This document shows, one piece after another, positions 43,851 through 58,924 of a stretch of 64,000 nt of DNA. A model generated the notes under the pieces. The model made no database searches. It saw only the letters and a program-made list of their open reading frames with translations, and was not told the origin of the DNA. Source of the stretch: the human T2T-CHM13v2.0 reference genome, Homo sapiens; the NCBI RefSeq assembly GCF_009914755.1, contig NC_060941.1. One strand, given 5' to 3'. The first letter of the stretch is position 1. Every line of letters starts with the position of its first letter. The position numbers and the translations under genes were made by a program.

Positions 43851-44499
43851 CTCCCCCTCCCTCTATGGCATTGTCTGAAAAATGCCTCAGTCACAAAGTG
43901 AGGATAATCACATGGCTCATTCATTTGCTTCTCAGTCTTGTGCCACAAGTACAACATCCTAAACTGGTCTTCTAGGTTTTGTTTAGTTTTCTAGTTGTTT
44001 ACAGCAGGAGGGCAGTTATTGTCACTGTGAGAAGGAGAAGTCTACTTGGATTTTTTTTTTTTAAGACATAGGGTCTCACTATGTTGGCCAGGCTAGACTC
44101 AAACTCCTGGTCTCAAGTAGTCCTCCTGCCTCAGTCTCCCAATGTGCTGGGATTACAGGTGTGAACCACCACACCTGGCTGCTTCTTTATTATTTTTTTG
44201 AGACAGGGTCTTGCTTTGTTGCCCAGGCTGGAGTGCAGTGAAACATAGCTCACTACAACCTCTGGCTCCCAAGCTCCCAAGCCCAAGCAATCCTCCCACC
44301 TCAGCCTCCCAAGTAGCTTGGACTACAGGCATATGCCACCATGCCTGGCTAATTTTTTGTATTTTTTTGTAGAGGTGGGGTTTCTCATGTTGCCGAGGTT
44401 GGGCTAAAGTAATCCACCCACCTCAGCCTCTCAAAGTGCTGGGATTACAGGAGTGAGCCACAGTCCCCTGCTGCTTCTTTGATTTAAAAAATTTGTATA

Positions 44500-45125
44500 T
44501 TTCAAGGCTAATACTGTGTTTAAAATAGTGTATTTTTAAATTCACTAAAATGTGGAAATTTGAATATTGACAACTGGTTATTTGATGATTTTAAGATATT
44601 GTTTTTAGAGGAGTGATAAAAGTTAATGCACTTATGGCCAGACACGGTGGCTCACGCCTGTAATCCCAGCACTTTGGGAGGCCGAGGTGGGCAGATCACC
44701 TGAGGTCAGGAGATCCTGACCAGCCTGGCCAACATGGTGAAACCCTGTCTCTACTAAAAATACAAAAATTAGTTGGACATGGTGGCATGGGCCTGTAATC
44801 CCAGGTACTCAGGAAGCTGGGCTGAGATTGTGCCACTGCACTCCAACCTGGGCAACAGGGCAAGACATCGTCTCAAAACAAAAAAAGTTAATGCACTCAT
44901 ATGAGAGACTTTATTGTTAAAGAGTACATACTGAAATACGGATTAAATAATATGATGTCTAGGACTTTTTTTCAAAATAAGATAAAACAAGAGGGGATAA
45001 GTGGGTGGGGTTATCGATGAAACAAGACTGGCTGTAAACTGGTAACAGTTAAAGCTGGGTGATGGGCTCATTACACGTTTTTGTCTACTTCTGTATATGT
45101 TTCAAATTTTCATATTTAAAAAAAG
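44500..45125 (+). mobile_element. Old L1M 3'-end fragment with an internally deleted Alu (44637-44885, TSD AAAAGTTAATGCACT)
   Basis: GATGAAACAAGACTGGC…AAGCTGGGTGATGGG…CTACTTCTGTATATGTTTCAAATTTTCAT. Confidence 0.65.
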
Positions 45126-45690
45126 TCAGCAGAAGTAATTTCTCTCTGTGTGACTATAACTCCAACTTGGGTTCAAGGGGTTTTTTCTTTGAACCAGAGT
45201 CTTGCTCTTTCATCTAGGCTGGAATACAGTAGTGTGATCTCAGCTCACTGCAACCTCCACCTCCTGGGTTCAAGCGATTCTCATGCCTCAGCCTCCCAAG
45301 TAGCTGGGATGTGCCACCATGCCTGGCTAATTTTTGCTTTTAGTAGAGATGGGGTTTCACCATGTTGGCCAGGCTGGCTTGAACCCCTGACCTCAAGTTA
45401 TCCACCCACCTCAGCCTCCCAAGGTGCTAGGATTATAGACCTGAGTCACCGCACTGGGCTGGTTCATGTGTTTTTAATTTGTAGGGATTGCTTTCATTTC
45501 TTTTTGACTTAATTTTTGTTTGAATTATGTAAAATATTTACATGGCTATTAAACGATAAAACATAATTCAGAGTTCTCCCTTTTATCTCTTTCCCTTGTG
45601 TTTTCTCACTTCCCCATATAAGTAACTATTTTTACTTATTTTATTTTTGATTGGCATTTCCATTCTTTTTGAAAATATGCAAATATGGAG

Positions 45691-45712
45691 ATATATATAT
45701 ATATATATATAT
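45691..45712. repeat. (AT)11 microsatellite
   Basis: Seen directly. Confidence 0.9.
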
Positions 45713-46184
45713 TAAGTCTTCTGGCCCTATAAAAGGTGTATTATACAAACTCCTCCGCAGTTTGCTTTTCTTCATTTAACAACATGTCCTGAAGATCATC
45801 CAGAGTATTATATATAGATTTTCCTCATTACTTTTATTCAACCTGTTCTCTACTAATAGACATTGGGGAGTTTCCTATCTTTTGCTATTACAAGTAATGT
45901 AGTAGCCTTGCATATACATATTATGTTTTCACCAATGCATCTTGAGGATAAGATAGATTCTGACAAAAAAGTGTTAATTACATGTCACTTTTCTAGATAC
46001 CAAGTGGTCAAATTCTTATTCTTTATAACACTAAGTACTCAAAGGAAACAAAAATTAAAAGATAATTTATCTAAAGTAAATGTAGTTCTACTGGTATAAA
46101 GTAATGGTGGGGGAAGAGGTTAGTATATTTCATCTCTCACAGTAAACGTTTCCAAATCAATCTATAGGAATACTTATTAGCAGA

Positions 46185-46490
46185 GGCCAGGCGCGGTGGC
46201 TCATGCCTGTAATCCCAGCACTTTGGGAGGCCGAAGTGGGCGGATCACGAGGTCAGGAGATCGAGACCATCCTGGCTAACAAGGTGAAACCCCGTCTCTA
46301 CTAAAAATACAAAAAATAAGCCGGGCGTGGTGGCACGTGCCTGTAGTCCCAGCTACTCGGGAGGCTGAGGCAGGAGAATTGCTTCAAGCCAGGAGGCAGA
46401 GGTTACAGTGAACCAAGGTTGCGCCACTGCAGTCCAGCCTGGGCAACAGAGCGAGACTCTGTCTCAAAAAAAAAAAAAAAAAAAAAAAAG
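46185..46490 (+). mobile_element. Young-type Alu with clear TSD
   Basis: TSD AATACTTATTAG(C/T)AGA, long A tail, CpGs retained. Confidence 0.92.
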
Positions 46491-47032
46491 AAATACTTAT
46501 TAGTAGAGTTAATGAATAACTACCCTCTAGGTCTAATTTCTGTGACTGTAAGCCTCTTGAGGATGAAGAATTAAGCTTAATTTCCTTCAGATCATGACCA
46601 ACACAGACACAGCACATTTAGTGAATCATTTTCATTTAATAACTGTTCTCAGGACTGATTATCATAAGCTGTTTAGTCCTCTGTTTAAGATTTTAATCTT
46701 TTCACTGAATTATGTTTACTGTGGCTTTTAACTGGTAGCTACTAGTATCTAGAAATATAAATAATCCCAGTAATATGTATTATTAGTATCCCTACTGTAT
46801 GTACACTGACTACAATTATTAAAAGTTTCACCTTAAATTGTATCAAAGATAGAATTCCAAAACAAGTTTCTTATTCTATTTCTACTTTGATGTTGCTTTC
46901 TCTTCTAAAAATATCTTTCCTCTACAAAACCAAGATAAAATTTGCTCAATAGAGTTAATGGCCTGAATTTAAGGTTGTATCAGCCAGACATAAGGGGTTA
47001 TGACTTATCCTCCAAAAACATAAAATACTTAC

Positions 47033-47101
47033 GCGTCTGTTGTCTTTGTACACCCATTTAGATTCAGTACTTCAATGTTCCTGCAGTTTTGTGCAAAGGT
47101 T
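47033..47101 (-). CDS. FBXL20: FBXL20 exon 6 (69 nt; TFAQNCRNIEVLNLNGCTKTTD(A))
   Basis: Manual translation, LRR pattern; cctacaaag| (AAG) acceptor, CGC|GTAAGT donor. Confidence 0.96.
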
Positions 47102-47313
47102 CTTTGTAGGAAAGAAAGTAAGAGGTTTCAAATGAAATAGGCCAAATTCCAGTCATTAAAAAAGTAATAAAATATATTATTATTGGTAATATTGATTGTT
47201 GATATCTGTGATACTGTGATATAAAGGAAAAACATGTATTTGGTCTTCATCTTCGGTTCTTGGCATACCATCCCTAAAATCTTTGTAATTTCCTGAGTGA
47301 TAGTATCTTTTGT

Positions 47314-47395
47314 TACAGGTTGGTGAAAAGTAATCGCGGTTTTTGCCATTACTGCTCATGGCAAAAACTGTGATTACTTTTGCACCAACCTAATA
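47314..47395. ncRNA. MIR548BC: miR-548-family hairpin candidate (possibly the annotated MIR548BC)
   Basis: miR-548 loci derive from MADE1 hairpins; the symbol is from my memory of a 17q12 locus and is not verified. Confidence 0.45.
47316..47393. mobile_element. MADE1 (Hsmar1-derived MITE), ~80-bp palindrome
   Basis: AGGTTGGTG-AAAAGTAATCGCGGTTTTTGCCAT…ATGGCAAAAACTGTGATTACTTTTGCACCAACCTAA, with TA on both sides. Confidence 0.92.
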
Positions 47396-47441
47396 TAATA
47401 TTTGGTCTTCAATTATGTCTACGATCAAGGAAACTCTGTAA

Positions 47442-47765
<324 letters not shown>

Positions 47766-48895
47766 TGAGTAGCTGGAATTACAGGCACGCACCACCATGC
47801 CCAACTAAGTTTTTGTATTTTTAGTAGAGACAGGGTTTCACCATGTTGGTCAGGCTGGTCTTGAACGCCTGACCTCAAGTGATCCACCCACATCAGCCTT
47901 TCAAAGTGCTGAGATTACAGGCTTGGGCTATCACACCTGGCTTAAATGAATTTTCCATTATAAATTCTTCAAACATAACTTTAAAAATTATTTTAAATTA
48001 AAAAAATAAATGATTGCTTATTTATTTATTTATTTTTAGAGACAGGGTCTTCCTCTGTCACTCAGGCTGGAGTACAGTGGTACAATCACAGCTCACTGTA
48101 GCCTCAACCTCCCAGGCTCAAGTGATCCTCCTACTTCACTCAGTATCCCAAGTAGCTGGGTTTACAGGCATATGTCACCTAACCTGGCTAATTAAAAAAA
48201 GTTTTTTGTAGAGATGGGAGCCTTGCCATGCTGCCTAGATTGGTCTTGTACTCCTGGCCTCAAGTAATCCTCCCACCTAGCCTCCCAAAGTCCTGGGGTC
48301 ACTGCCCAGGTTAGGGTTAACCATAACCCTAAAAAAGAACTAAGCTGGGTGCAGTGGCTCATGCCCGTAATTCCAGCACTTTGGGAGGCTGAGGCAAGAG
48401 GACTGCTTGAGTGCAAGAGTTCGAGACCAGCCTGGACAACAAAATGAGACCCTGACTCTATAAAAAAATTTTAAAACTTAGCCAGGCGTGGTGGTACACG
48501 TCTTCAGTCACAGCTACTCAGGAGAGGGAGGATTGCTTGAGTCCAGGAGTTCAAGACTATAGTGAGCCATGATTATGCCAGGGCACTCCAGCCTGGGTGA
48601 TAGTGTGAGACCTTGTCTCAAAACATAAAATAAAAATATTAATTAATTTAAAAAAAACTTATTCAAAGCTCCAAAAGAACCACTTATGATGGGGAATCTG
48701 GGTTTTTTTCAGGCAGTACTTGTTCTTGTTTACTGTTAAAACTACATTTCTTATTACTGGATATTTTCAGATTATAAGCAATGTGTGGTTGCATTTTTAA
48801 TAACTTAGGAATTTTAACGATTTTAGCCTTTTCTGGGTGAGATGGTGCTGCTCTTCACTTCCATCAAGAAGATTAATCAATAGTTATGTTTTTAC

Positions 48896-48990
48896 CTTAA
48901 TGCATTGTCTCCCACTCCAAGACATCCACGAAGACTTAACTTTCGTAAAAAGCCCCCACATCGTTTTGAAATATTCTCCACTACTCGGCC
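48896..48990 (-). CDS. FBXL20: FBXL20 exon 5 (95 nt; GRVVENISKRCGGFLRKLSLRGCLGVGDNAL(R))
   Basis: Manual translation; ttttacag| acceptor, AAG|GTAAAA donor. Confidence 0.96.
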
Positions 48991-49746
48991 CTGTAAAATG
49001 AGACAGGCAAACAAAAAGATAACCCACCTCATTACTTTAGAAAAGAACACATACTCATTTTTAACGATTTATAAACAAAGAGAAAATGCTTCTATTATGA
49101 CCTAATTTAATAGGAAAATTGTAACTTACCCTGAGAAAGCTTTCCTGATTAACCCCTATCATTTGCATCATGCCTAAACCCCATATTCTTATTTTGTTTA
49201 ACTTGTAAAATATATTCTGTACTTGAGAAAATAATGTTCTATAGTTCTCTTTGGCATTATATGCATATATACTGCCTAGCTGGGTTAAGCTGCAGCTACT
49301 GAAAGACAGCAACTACATTATTTTTTTGTATCTTTTCCAAAATGTTTATTATAGTACTCTGCTTATAGTAGAGACTCAATGAACATTTAACAAAAGCTGG
49401 TCAGGGGCCAGGCACGGTGGCCCACGCCTGTAATCCCAGCACTTTGGGAGGCCGAGGCGGGTGGATCACGAGGTCAGGAGATCAACACCATCCTGGCTAA
49501 CACGGTGAAACCCCATCTCTACTAAAAATACAAAAAACTAGCCGGGCGTGATGGTGGGTGCCTGTAGTCCCAGCTACTCGGGAGGCTGAGGCAGGAGAAT
49601 GGCGTGAACCCAGGAGACGGAGCTTGTAGTGAGCCCAGGTCTTGCTCCACTGCACTCCAGCCTGGGCGACAAAGCGAGACTCTGTCTCAAAACAACAACA
49701 ACAACAACAAAAACAAAAGCTGGCCAGGTGCAGTGGATTCCGCCTA

Positions 49747-50127
<381 letters not shown>

Positions 50128-50906
50128 TTAAAAGCACTTTGGTTGGTTTTGAACTCCTGACCTCAGGTGATCCGCCCACCTTGGCCTCCCAAAGTGCTGA
50201 GATTACAGGTGTAAGCCATCCCACGTGCCCTCAAAAAACCTCATTTAATCCTTAAGAAGCCATGAAGAAGCTATTTATTTCTACCTTCCTGATGAGAAGG
50301 ATAAGAAAAACAGGAGTTCAAATTCAGTTTAAAATAATTTAAGTGTAAGCCATTCTCCATTTTATAGATAATAGGCTATACTAGGAGATAAAACATGGGG
50401 CAAAAAGTGAGAGGAGGAAAAAACTTCTCTCTCTAGCAAAAACGATTCAATAAATGGCTTTGGCCTCATTCAACCTTCGTTCTCCACAAGAAATTGGCTC
50501 CTCAAGAACCAAAACACATATCTCAAAAAAATATATACGAACGCCATCCCAACAAGTTATAACTCTATTTATTCCTCAGTAAACAAATATAAAATGTCTT
50601 CACTAAAATAAACATAGATTCAATGTTTCCACTGCAAAAACAAACTTTTAGTCCTATTTCAAGACCAAAGAGTCCTATTTAGTCCTAGTAATACTAAGTA
50701 ATTGTATTATTTCAGTGAAATAATCTGGCTCATTCTCAAAAACTGCAGAAACCCTTGGTAACTTTGGGGGTTCCTGTAAAGTTCAGATGCACTGAAAATA
50801 ATAGTTCCTCTCTTTAACGAAAATGAGATTAATATGGCTAGGGCTAATCTGTTCCATGCTGTAATTACTAACATGAAAACTGGGGCCACACACCACATAA
50901 TTATAC

Positions 50907-50981
50907 CTCAATATCCCTCTGGAAATCAAATAGGTCAATTCGCTGCCAGTTACTGCCATCCAGAGCCAGAACATTCCAGGC
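50907..50981 (-). CDS. FBXL20: FBXL20 exon 4 (75 nt; AWNVLALDGSNWQRIDLFDFQRDIE)
   Basis: Manual translation; atag| acceptor, GAG|GTATAA donor; in frame with neighbours. Confidence 0.96.
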
Positions 50982-51527
50982 CTATTTTAAAGAAAAAGAG
51001 ACAGAATGAGCAGAAGCTAAAATTAAGGGGAAAAGGCAGCAATATTCAAGTTCACAATTCAACCAACTAATGACTAAAATGGATCCAAAAATTTATCAGG
51101 CCCTATCCACTTACTCCCAAATGATGTGTCTTACTCCTGACCCATATTGTATTCTCCAATTAGATAATCTCATAAACGAGTGGGTACTAGAAACTAGCAG
51201 CTACAAAAGATCTTAGGCCAGGCATGGTGACTCAAATTTATAATCCCATCACTTGGGAGGTCAAGGTGGAAGGATCACTTGAGCCCAGGAGTTCCAGACC
51301 AGCCTGGGCAATATAGCCAGACCCGATCCCTATAAAAAAATTTAAAAACTTGGTCGGGCATGGTGGCTCACGTCTGTAATCCCAGCACTTTAGGAGGCCG
51401 AGGCAGGCGGATCACCTGAGGTCAAGAGTTCGAGACCAGCCTGGCCAACATGGTGAAACCCCGTCTCTACTAAAAATACAAAAATTAGCCGGGTGTGGTG
51501 GCACGTGCCTGTAATCTCAGCTACTCA

Positions 51528-51626
<99 letters not shown>

Positions 51627-52066
51627 TCATCTGGGGGGGAAAAATTAAAAAAATTAGTCGGGCATGGTGGCACACAACTGTAGTCCCAGCTATTCGGGAG
51701 GCTGAGGTGGGAGGTGAGCCAGGAGGTAAGGGCTGCAGTGAGCCATGATCTCACCATTGTACTCCAGCCTGGGTGACACAGCAAGACCTTAGCAAAAAAA
51801 CAAAAAACAAGACTAACCCTCCCTCCCCCCGCCCACGCACACTTAAATTAGAGAAGTTAAGGAAAGGGCAAGTTGTGATAAGTATCATAGCCAGAAGGTA
51901 TTTTCTAACTGGAAAATTCTAGTTTCTAATCCCAAAATGAGACAAAAGTTCAGTTTATGAAAAGCAAGTCTTTCTTCTATGCTTAAAAATATGATCCTTA
52001 AAAAAAATCCTTCTATCTGGAAAAATATGAAGGTAAAACCAAACATCAAAGGGGACAGTACTCTGA

Positions 52067-52484
<418 letters not shown>

Positions 52485-52590
52485 TAGCCAGGAGGGTCTC
52501 TATCTCCCAACCTCATGATCTGCCCGCCTGGGCCTCCCAAAGTGCTGGGATTACAGGCGTGAGCCACTGCACGCAGCCCTAATTTTTTAA

Positions 52591-52716
<126 letters not shown>

Positions 52717-52904
52717 TAGTTCAGTACTTCTTTGCTATCTATATCCTATCAGGTGGTAGGACTTACAACTGTGATATAGTGATTTGGGACTTAGAAAAGA
52801 TACTATCATTGCTCTGAAACTATTTTTTTTTTTTTGAGACAGAGTCTCGCTCTGTCGCCCAGGGTAGAGTGCAGTGGTGTGATCTCGGCTCACTGCAAGC
52901 TCCG

Positions 52905-53165
52905 ATTCTGCATTAACTGTGAATCTTACTAACTAGAATTACTGGTGAAGCAAACTTATCCATCGAGACTATCTGGTATGTGTTACGCATGTATTCTGTT
53001 GGTGCTGGAAGATGTCTGTGTGCCTGCATCAACATGTGACTTCATGTAAAGTTTCTTCATGTTCACAGTTCTTAGCAAATGCAGTTTCAATCCATAGATA
53101 GCCAGCAGTGGATGTTACTACAGGAAAATGCAAGATTAAAATTGTCCTTGTGTAAAAAAAAAAAA
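52905..53165 (+). pseudogene. Probable retrocopied mRNA 3'-end fragment (source gene not identified)
   Basis: ~250 nt of non-repeat-looking sequence, ATTAAA at 53135-53140, A12 starting 13 nt later; fused to an inverted Alu tail. Confidence 0.6.
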
Positions 53166-53490
53166 TGAACTAGGAAAACATAATAAAACAAGATTTCATC
53201 ACAATTTTGAGTCAAGTCTAAACTTTTAATATGCATGTTTATTGCTTTTTCATCGAAAATGTTTCCTGTTTATATTACACAAATAAGAGATACAAAAAGT
53301 CAGAGACAGTATATATAGTAGAATCCCATCATAAATTTACATGGGTTTGGGTATGTCATTGGTGAAATAATCTCCTTTAAAACATGAAAACATACAAGTA
53401 ACACCTAAAATAAATGGATGGCCTATGAAAGAGGCTGTTATCATCAGTATGAAGAAGGGGTCCCCCTGTAACTATGCCAACAATACTTAC

Positions 53491-53545
53491 CCTGGAGACC
53501 TGAGCACAGCGGCACAGGGTAACAACATCTAGAAAAGAAAATATC
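53491..53545 (-). CDS. FBXL20: FBXL20 coding exon 3 (55 nt; (R)IFSFLDVVTLCRCAQVSR, C-terminal part of the F-box)
   Basis: Translation recognised as FBXL20/FBXL2 F-box; tttag| acceptor and AGG|GTAAGT donor; phase 2 in, phase 0 out. Confidence 0.96.
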
Positions 53546-54516
53546 CTAAAAAGAAAAGAGAGAAAGACAAATTTTATTGTATGATAAAGTAGTTGACCTT
53601 TATTTATTTTGAGACAGGGTCTCACTCTGTCAGCCAAGCTGGAGAGCAGTGGCATAATCACTGCTCGCCCCAGCCTTGACTTCCTGGGGTCAGGTGATCC
53701 TCCCACGTCAAGCTCCTGAGTAGCTAGGACTAGAGATGCGTGCCACCATACCTGGCTACTTTTTAATTTTTTGTAGAAACGGGGTTTCACCATGTTGCCC
53801 AGGCTGGTCTCGAACTCTTGGGCTCAAGCAATTGGCCTCCCAAATTGCTAGGATTACAGGTGTGAACTATTGCACCTGGTCAGTATGATAAAGTAGTTGC
53901 TCTTGATTTTAGCATAGAAATAACAGACTACATGTATATACACACACAAACACAAAGGCAGTTCTTTAGAAGAAACACACAAAATGCTTGAGCAATCTGT
54001 GAAGATAATACTGCCCATATAAAACACAGTGGGAAAAAATGTTTTACTTGATAATGTACATACAGATGCTGACCAAGTTCAATTACCTACACCAAAGGAT
54101 AATAAATAATCTCTAGCTGGTTTTTTTAAAGTAAAAAAAAAAAAATTCCCACCTAAAATTATCAAAAGAAAGAAGCCAGGGGAAGGATCTTTTTTTGTTT
54201 TGTCTTGTCTGAAGACAGGGTTTCACTCTGTCACGCAGGCTTGAGTGCAGTGGCACAATCACAGCTCAATGCAACCTTGACCTCCTGGACCCAAGCAATC
54301 CTCCCACCTCAGCCTCCTGAGTAGCTGGGATAACAGGCACATGCCACAAAGCCTGGCTAATTTTTTAATTTTTTTGTAGAGATGAGGGTCTCCCTATGTT
54401 GCACAGGCTGGTTTTGAACTGCTGAGCTCAAGCAATCCTCCTGCCTCAGACTACCAAAGTGCTAGGACTGCATGTATGAGCCAACATGCTTGGATGGGAA
54501 GGATTTTTTTATTTGA

Positions 54517-55020
<504 letters not shown>

Positions 55021-55602
55021 TAATAAAGCCTAAAAAACAGCAATGAAAAATGTTAAATGTCTAGAAAAAAAAACCCAGAAACAAAATATAAATTAAAAAA
55101 AGTTAGATCTCTACATATTTCATTCTAATTTAATAAATTACAAGACTCCTTTAACACAGCAATGTTAGAAAATATTTACTGTCTAGAATTTTTCTCAGCC
55201 TTATAGAAGGCAAATAAGTATTTATTTTGAAGTAGACCAATAAGTTATTTGCTGAAAGCCTGATAAACCACACCATAAGCTACCTGTGCAAATAGTTCAG
55301 GGAATCCTGGAAATAAAAGTGAATGGGAGATCAGGCAAGGTGGCTCATGCCTATAATCCCACCTCTTTGGGAGGCTGAAGTGGAAAGACTGCTAGAGGCC
55401 AGGAGTTCAAGACCAGCCTGGGCAACACAGTGAGGCTCCCTATTTTAAAAAAGAAAAGAAAAAACATAGCTTTGGCTAGGCATGATGGCTAAAACCTGTA
55501 ATTCCACCATTTTGGGATGTGAGGGCAGGAGGATAACTTGAGGCCAAGAGTTTGAGAACAGCCTGGAAAATACAGTGAGACCCTGTCTCTACAAAAATTT
55601 TA

Positions 55603-56225
<623 letters not shown>

Positions 56226-56229
56226 TAAA

Positions 56230-56570
56230 ACAAGTTTTAAATTTTGATGTAATCCACTTTATCTATTTTTTCTTTCATTTCCTGAACTTTTGGTGTCAAA
56301 TCCAAGAAATCACTGCTAAACTCAATGTCATGAAGTTTTTCTCCTGTTTTCTTCCAAAGATTTTATAATTTTAGTTCTTAGATATAGGTCTTTGCAAGAC
56401 CATTTATTGAAAAGACTGTACTTTTCCCCACTGAATGGTCCTGGCATTTTTGACAAAAATCATTTGACCATATATGTGAAGGTTTATTTCTGAGCTCTCT
56501 ATTCTATTCCATTGGTCTATGTCTGCTTTATGCCAGTATCACACTATTTTAAATATTTTCAGTTTTGAAG
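56230..56570 (-). mobile_element. L1M ORF2 fragment
   Basis: ACCATTTATTGAAAAGACTG…TTTATTTCTGAGCTCTCTATTCTATTCCATTGGTCTATGT. Confidence 0.75.
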
Positions 56571-57054
56571 CAGAAAGTGCTTTTGGTGATTGAAATATTT
56601 GCATGATGTCAGAAAAACTATTAATAGCAACTGAACTGGTTTCAAGAATCTTCCCTTAGGTTTTCTTACACATTTACTTCCTCTAACAGATTTCTGATAT
56701 TTTGATTTTTCTCCAACTGTAGAGGCCCATGTAAGGGACTGTTTAAAACTGATAATAAATTAAATAAGCTGGGAGGGTTAAGCAAGGAGCAACACGGAAA
56801 GCAAATATAACTGATCTATATCCTGCAATCTCAGCAAGACACCAGCAAGGGACAGGAAAATCCCTGAATAAAAGCCCAGAGACCAATTATAGTGAATAAT
56901 GTCTAGAGAATCTGCCTTCTCTAAGGAGAACCGGATAGGTGGATACAAAAGGGGGAAACATCTAGTTAAAATGATGAGCAGTATCTGAAGCTGTGGTTAT
57001 AATTTTTCAGCTTGCCTGAAAGGAAAGAAAAACATTCTGATTTGGAGGGTGGTG

Positions 57055-57400
57055 AGTTTCATTCAAAAAACATTTTTACCACCTGCTATCTACGGGCACT
57101 GTTTTAAGTCCCTACTGTTGAGTAACTCACGGCATAGGGGCTGGAGGTAGATAAAAAATAAGTAAAATATATGAGAAAATTTCAATTAGTGATGAGTACT
57201 ATAAAAAACATAAAGCTGAGTAATGTGATAGAAGGGTGGTCAAGGAAAGCCTCCCCTAGGAGTAGGTATTTGATTTAAGATCTAAATGATCAAAGGAAAC
57301 AGATTGCCAAGATCTGGGGAGAAGAGCATTCCAGTAGACGAAATAGTGGGTGTATGACAAACGAATGTTTGAAGATCAGAATAGACAGTGAAGCTGGACT
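57055..57400 (-). mobile_element. L2 fragment
   Basis: CATTCAAAAAACATTT…GGGCACTGTTTTAAG…GGTCAAGGAAAGCCTC…GAAGAGCATTCCAG. Confidence 0.6.
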
Positions 57401-57419
57401 GCAGCAGCAGCACAACCCT

Positions 57420-57560
57420 ATACTGAGTTCTTAATTATGTACCAGGTATCATTCTAAGTGTGTAAATTTACATACTAATCCAATGACTCCTTAAAACAAT
57501 TCTATAAGATAGGTACTATTAGCATTCCCATCTTATAGATGAGGATATTGAACAAACTTC
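57420..57560 (-). mobile_element. MIR
   Basis: ATAGGTACTATTAGCATTCCCATCTTATAGATGAGGA core. Confidence 0.65.
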
Positions 57561-57569
57561 TGTTAGTCA

Positions 57570-57869
<300 letters not shown>

Positions 57870-58046
57870 TCATTTCAAAAAAAAAAAAAAAAAAATTTAA
57901 AAGACTTTGTGGACATAGTAAATGATTTCAACTGTATTCTAAGTCTAGGGGAAGCCAGGCCAGGCATGGTGGCTCACACCTATATATAATCCTAGCACTC
58001 TGGGAGGCCAAGGCAGGTGGAGGATCACTTGCGGCCAAAAGTTTGA

Positions 58047-58220
<174 letters not shown>

Positions 58221-58924
58221 TGAGACCCCGACTCTGTAAAAATGAAAAAATTTAGCTGAGGATTGTGGTGCACGCCTGTAGTCCTAGCTATCCAGGGGGC
58301 TAAGGAAAGAGGATCACTTGAGCTCAGGAGTAAGTGGCTGTAGGGAACTGTGATCACCCCACTATGCTTTGGCCTGGGCAACAGAGCCAGACTGTCTCTT
58401 AAAAAAAGAAAAAAAAATAGGTTTCTATTAGAATGGTGGGAAATAAAAAATCAAAAAAATTTTTAATACAATAATTTTTTTTTTTTTTGAGACGGAGTCT
58501 TGCTCTGTCACCCAGGCTGGAGTGCAGTGGCACAATCTTGGTTCCCTGCAAGCTCCCCCTCCCAGATTCATGCCATTCTCCTGCCTCAGCCTCCTGAGTA
58601 GCTGGCACTACAGGCGCCGAACCACCACGCCCGGCTAATTTTTTGTATTTTCAGTAGAGACGGGGTTTCACTGTGTTAATCAGGATGGTCTCAATCTCCT
58701 GGCTTCCTGATCCACCCGCCTCAGCCTCCCAAAGTGCTGGGATTACAGGAGTGAGCCACCGCACCTGGCCTACAATAAAAAATTTTTTAAAAGGTAGAGA
58801 GGAATACACCCATTCATACAAGTATTATAGGCATAGCCTTGAGGCTTCTGCCTCAGCCTCCCAAGTAGCTGAGATTACAGGCATGTGCCACCACGCCTGA
58901 CTAATTTTTGTATTTTAGTAAAAG

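Noticed and set aside
53377-53793. 138-aa ORF containing F-box residues
   Set aside because: Only 53491-53545 is the real exon; the rest is intron and Alu read in frame
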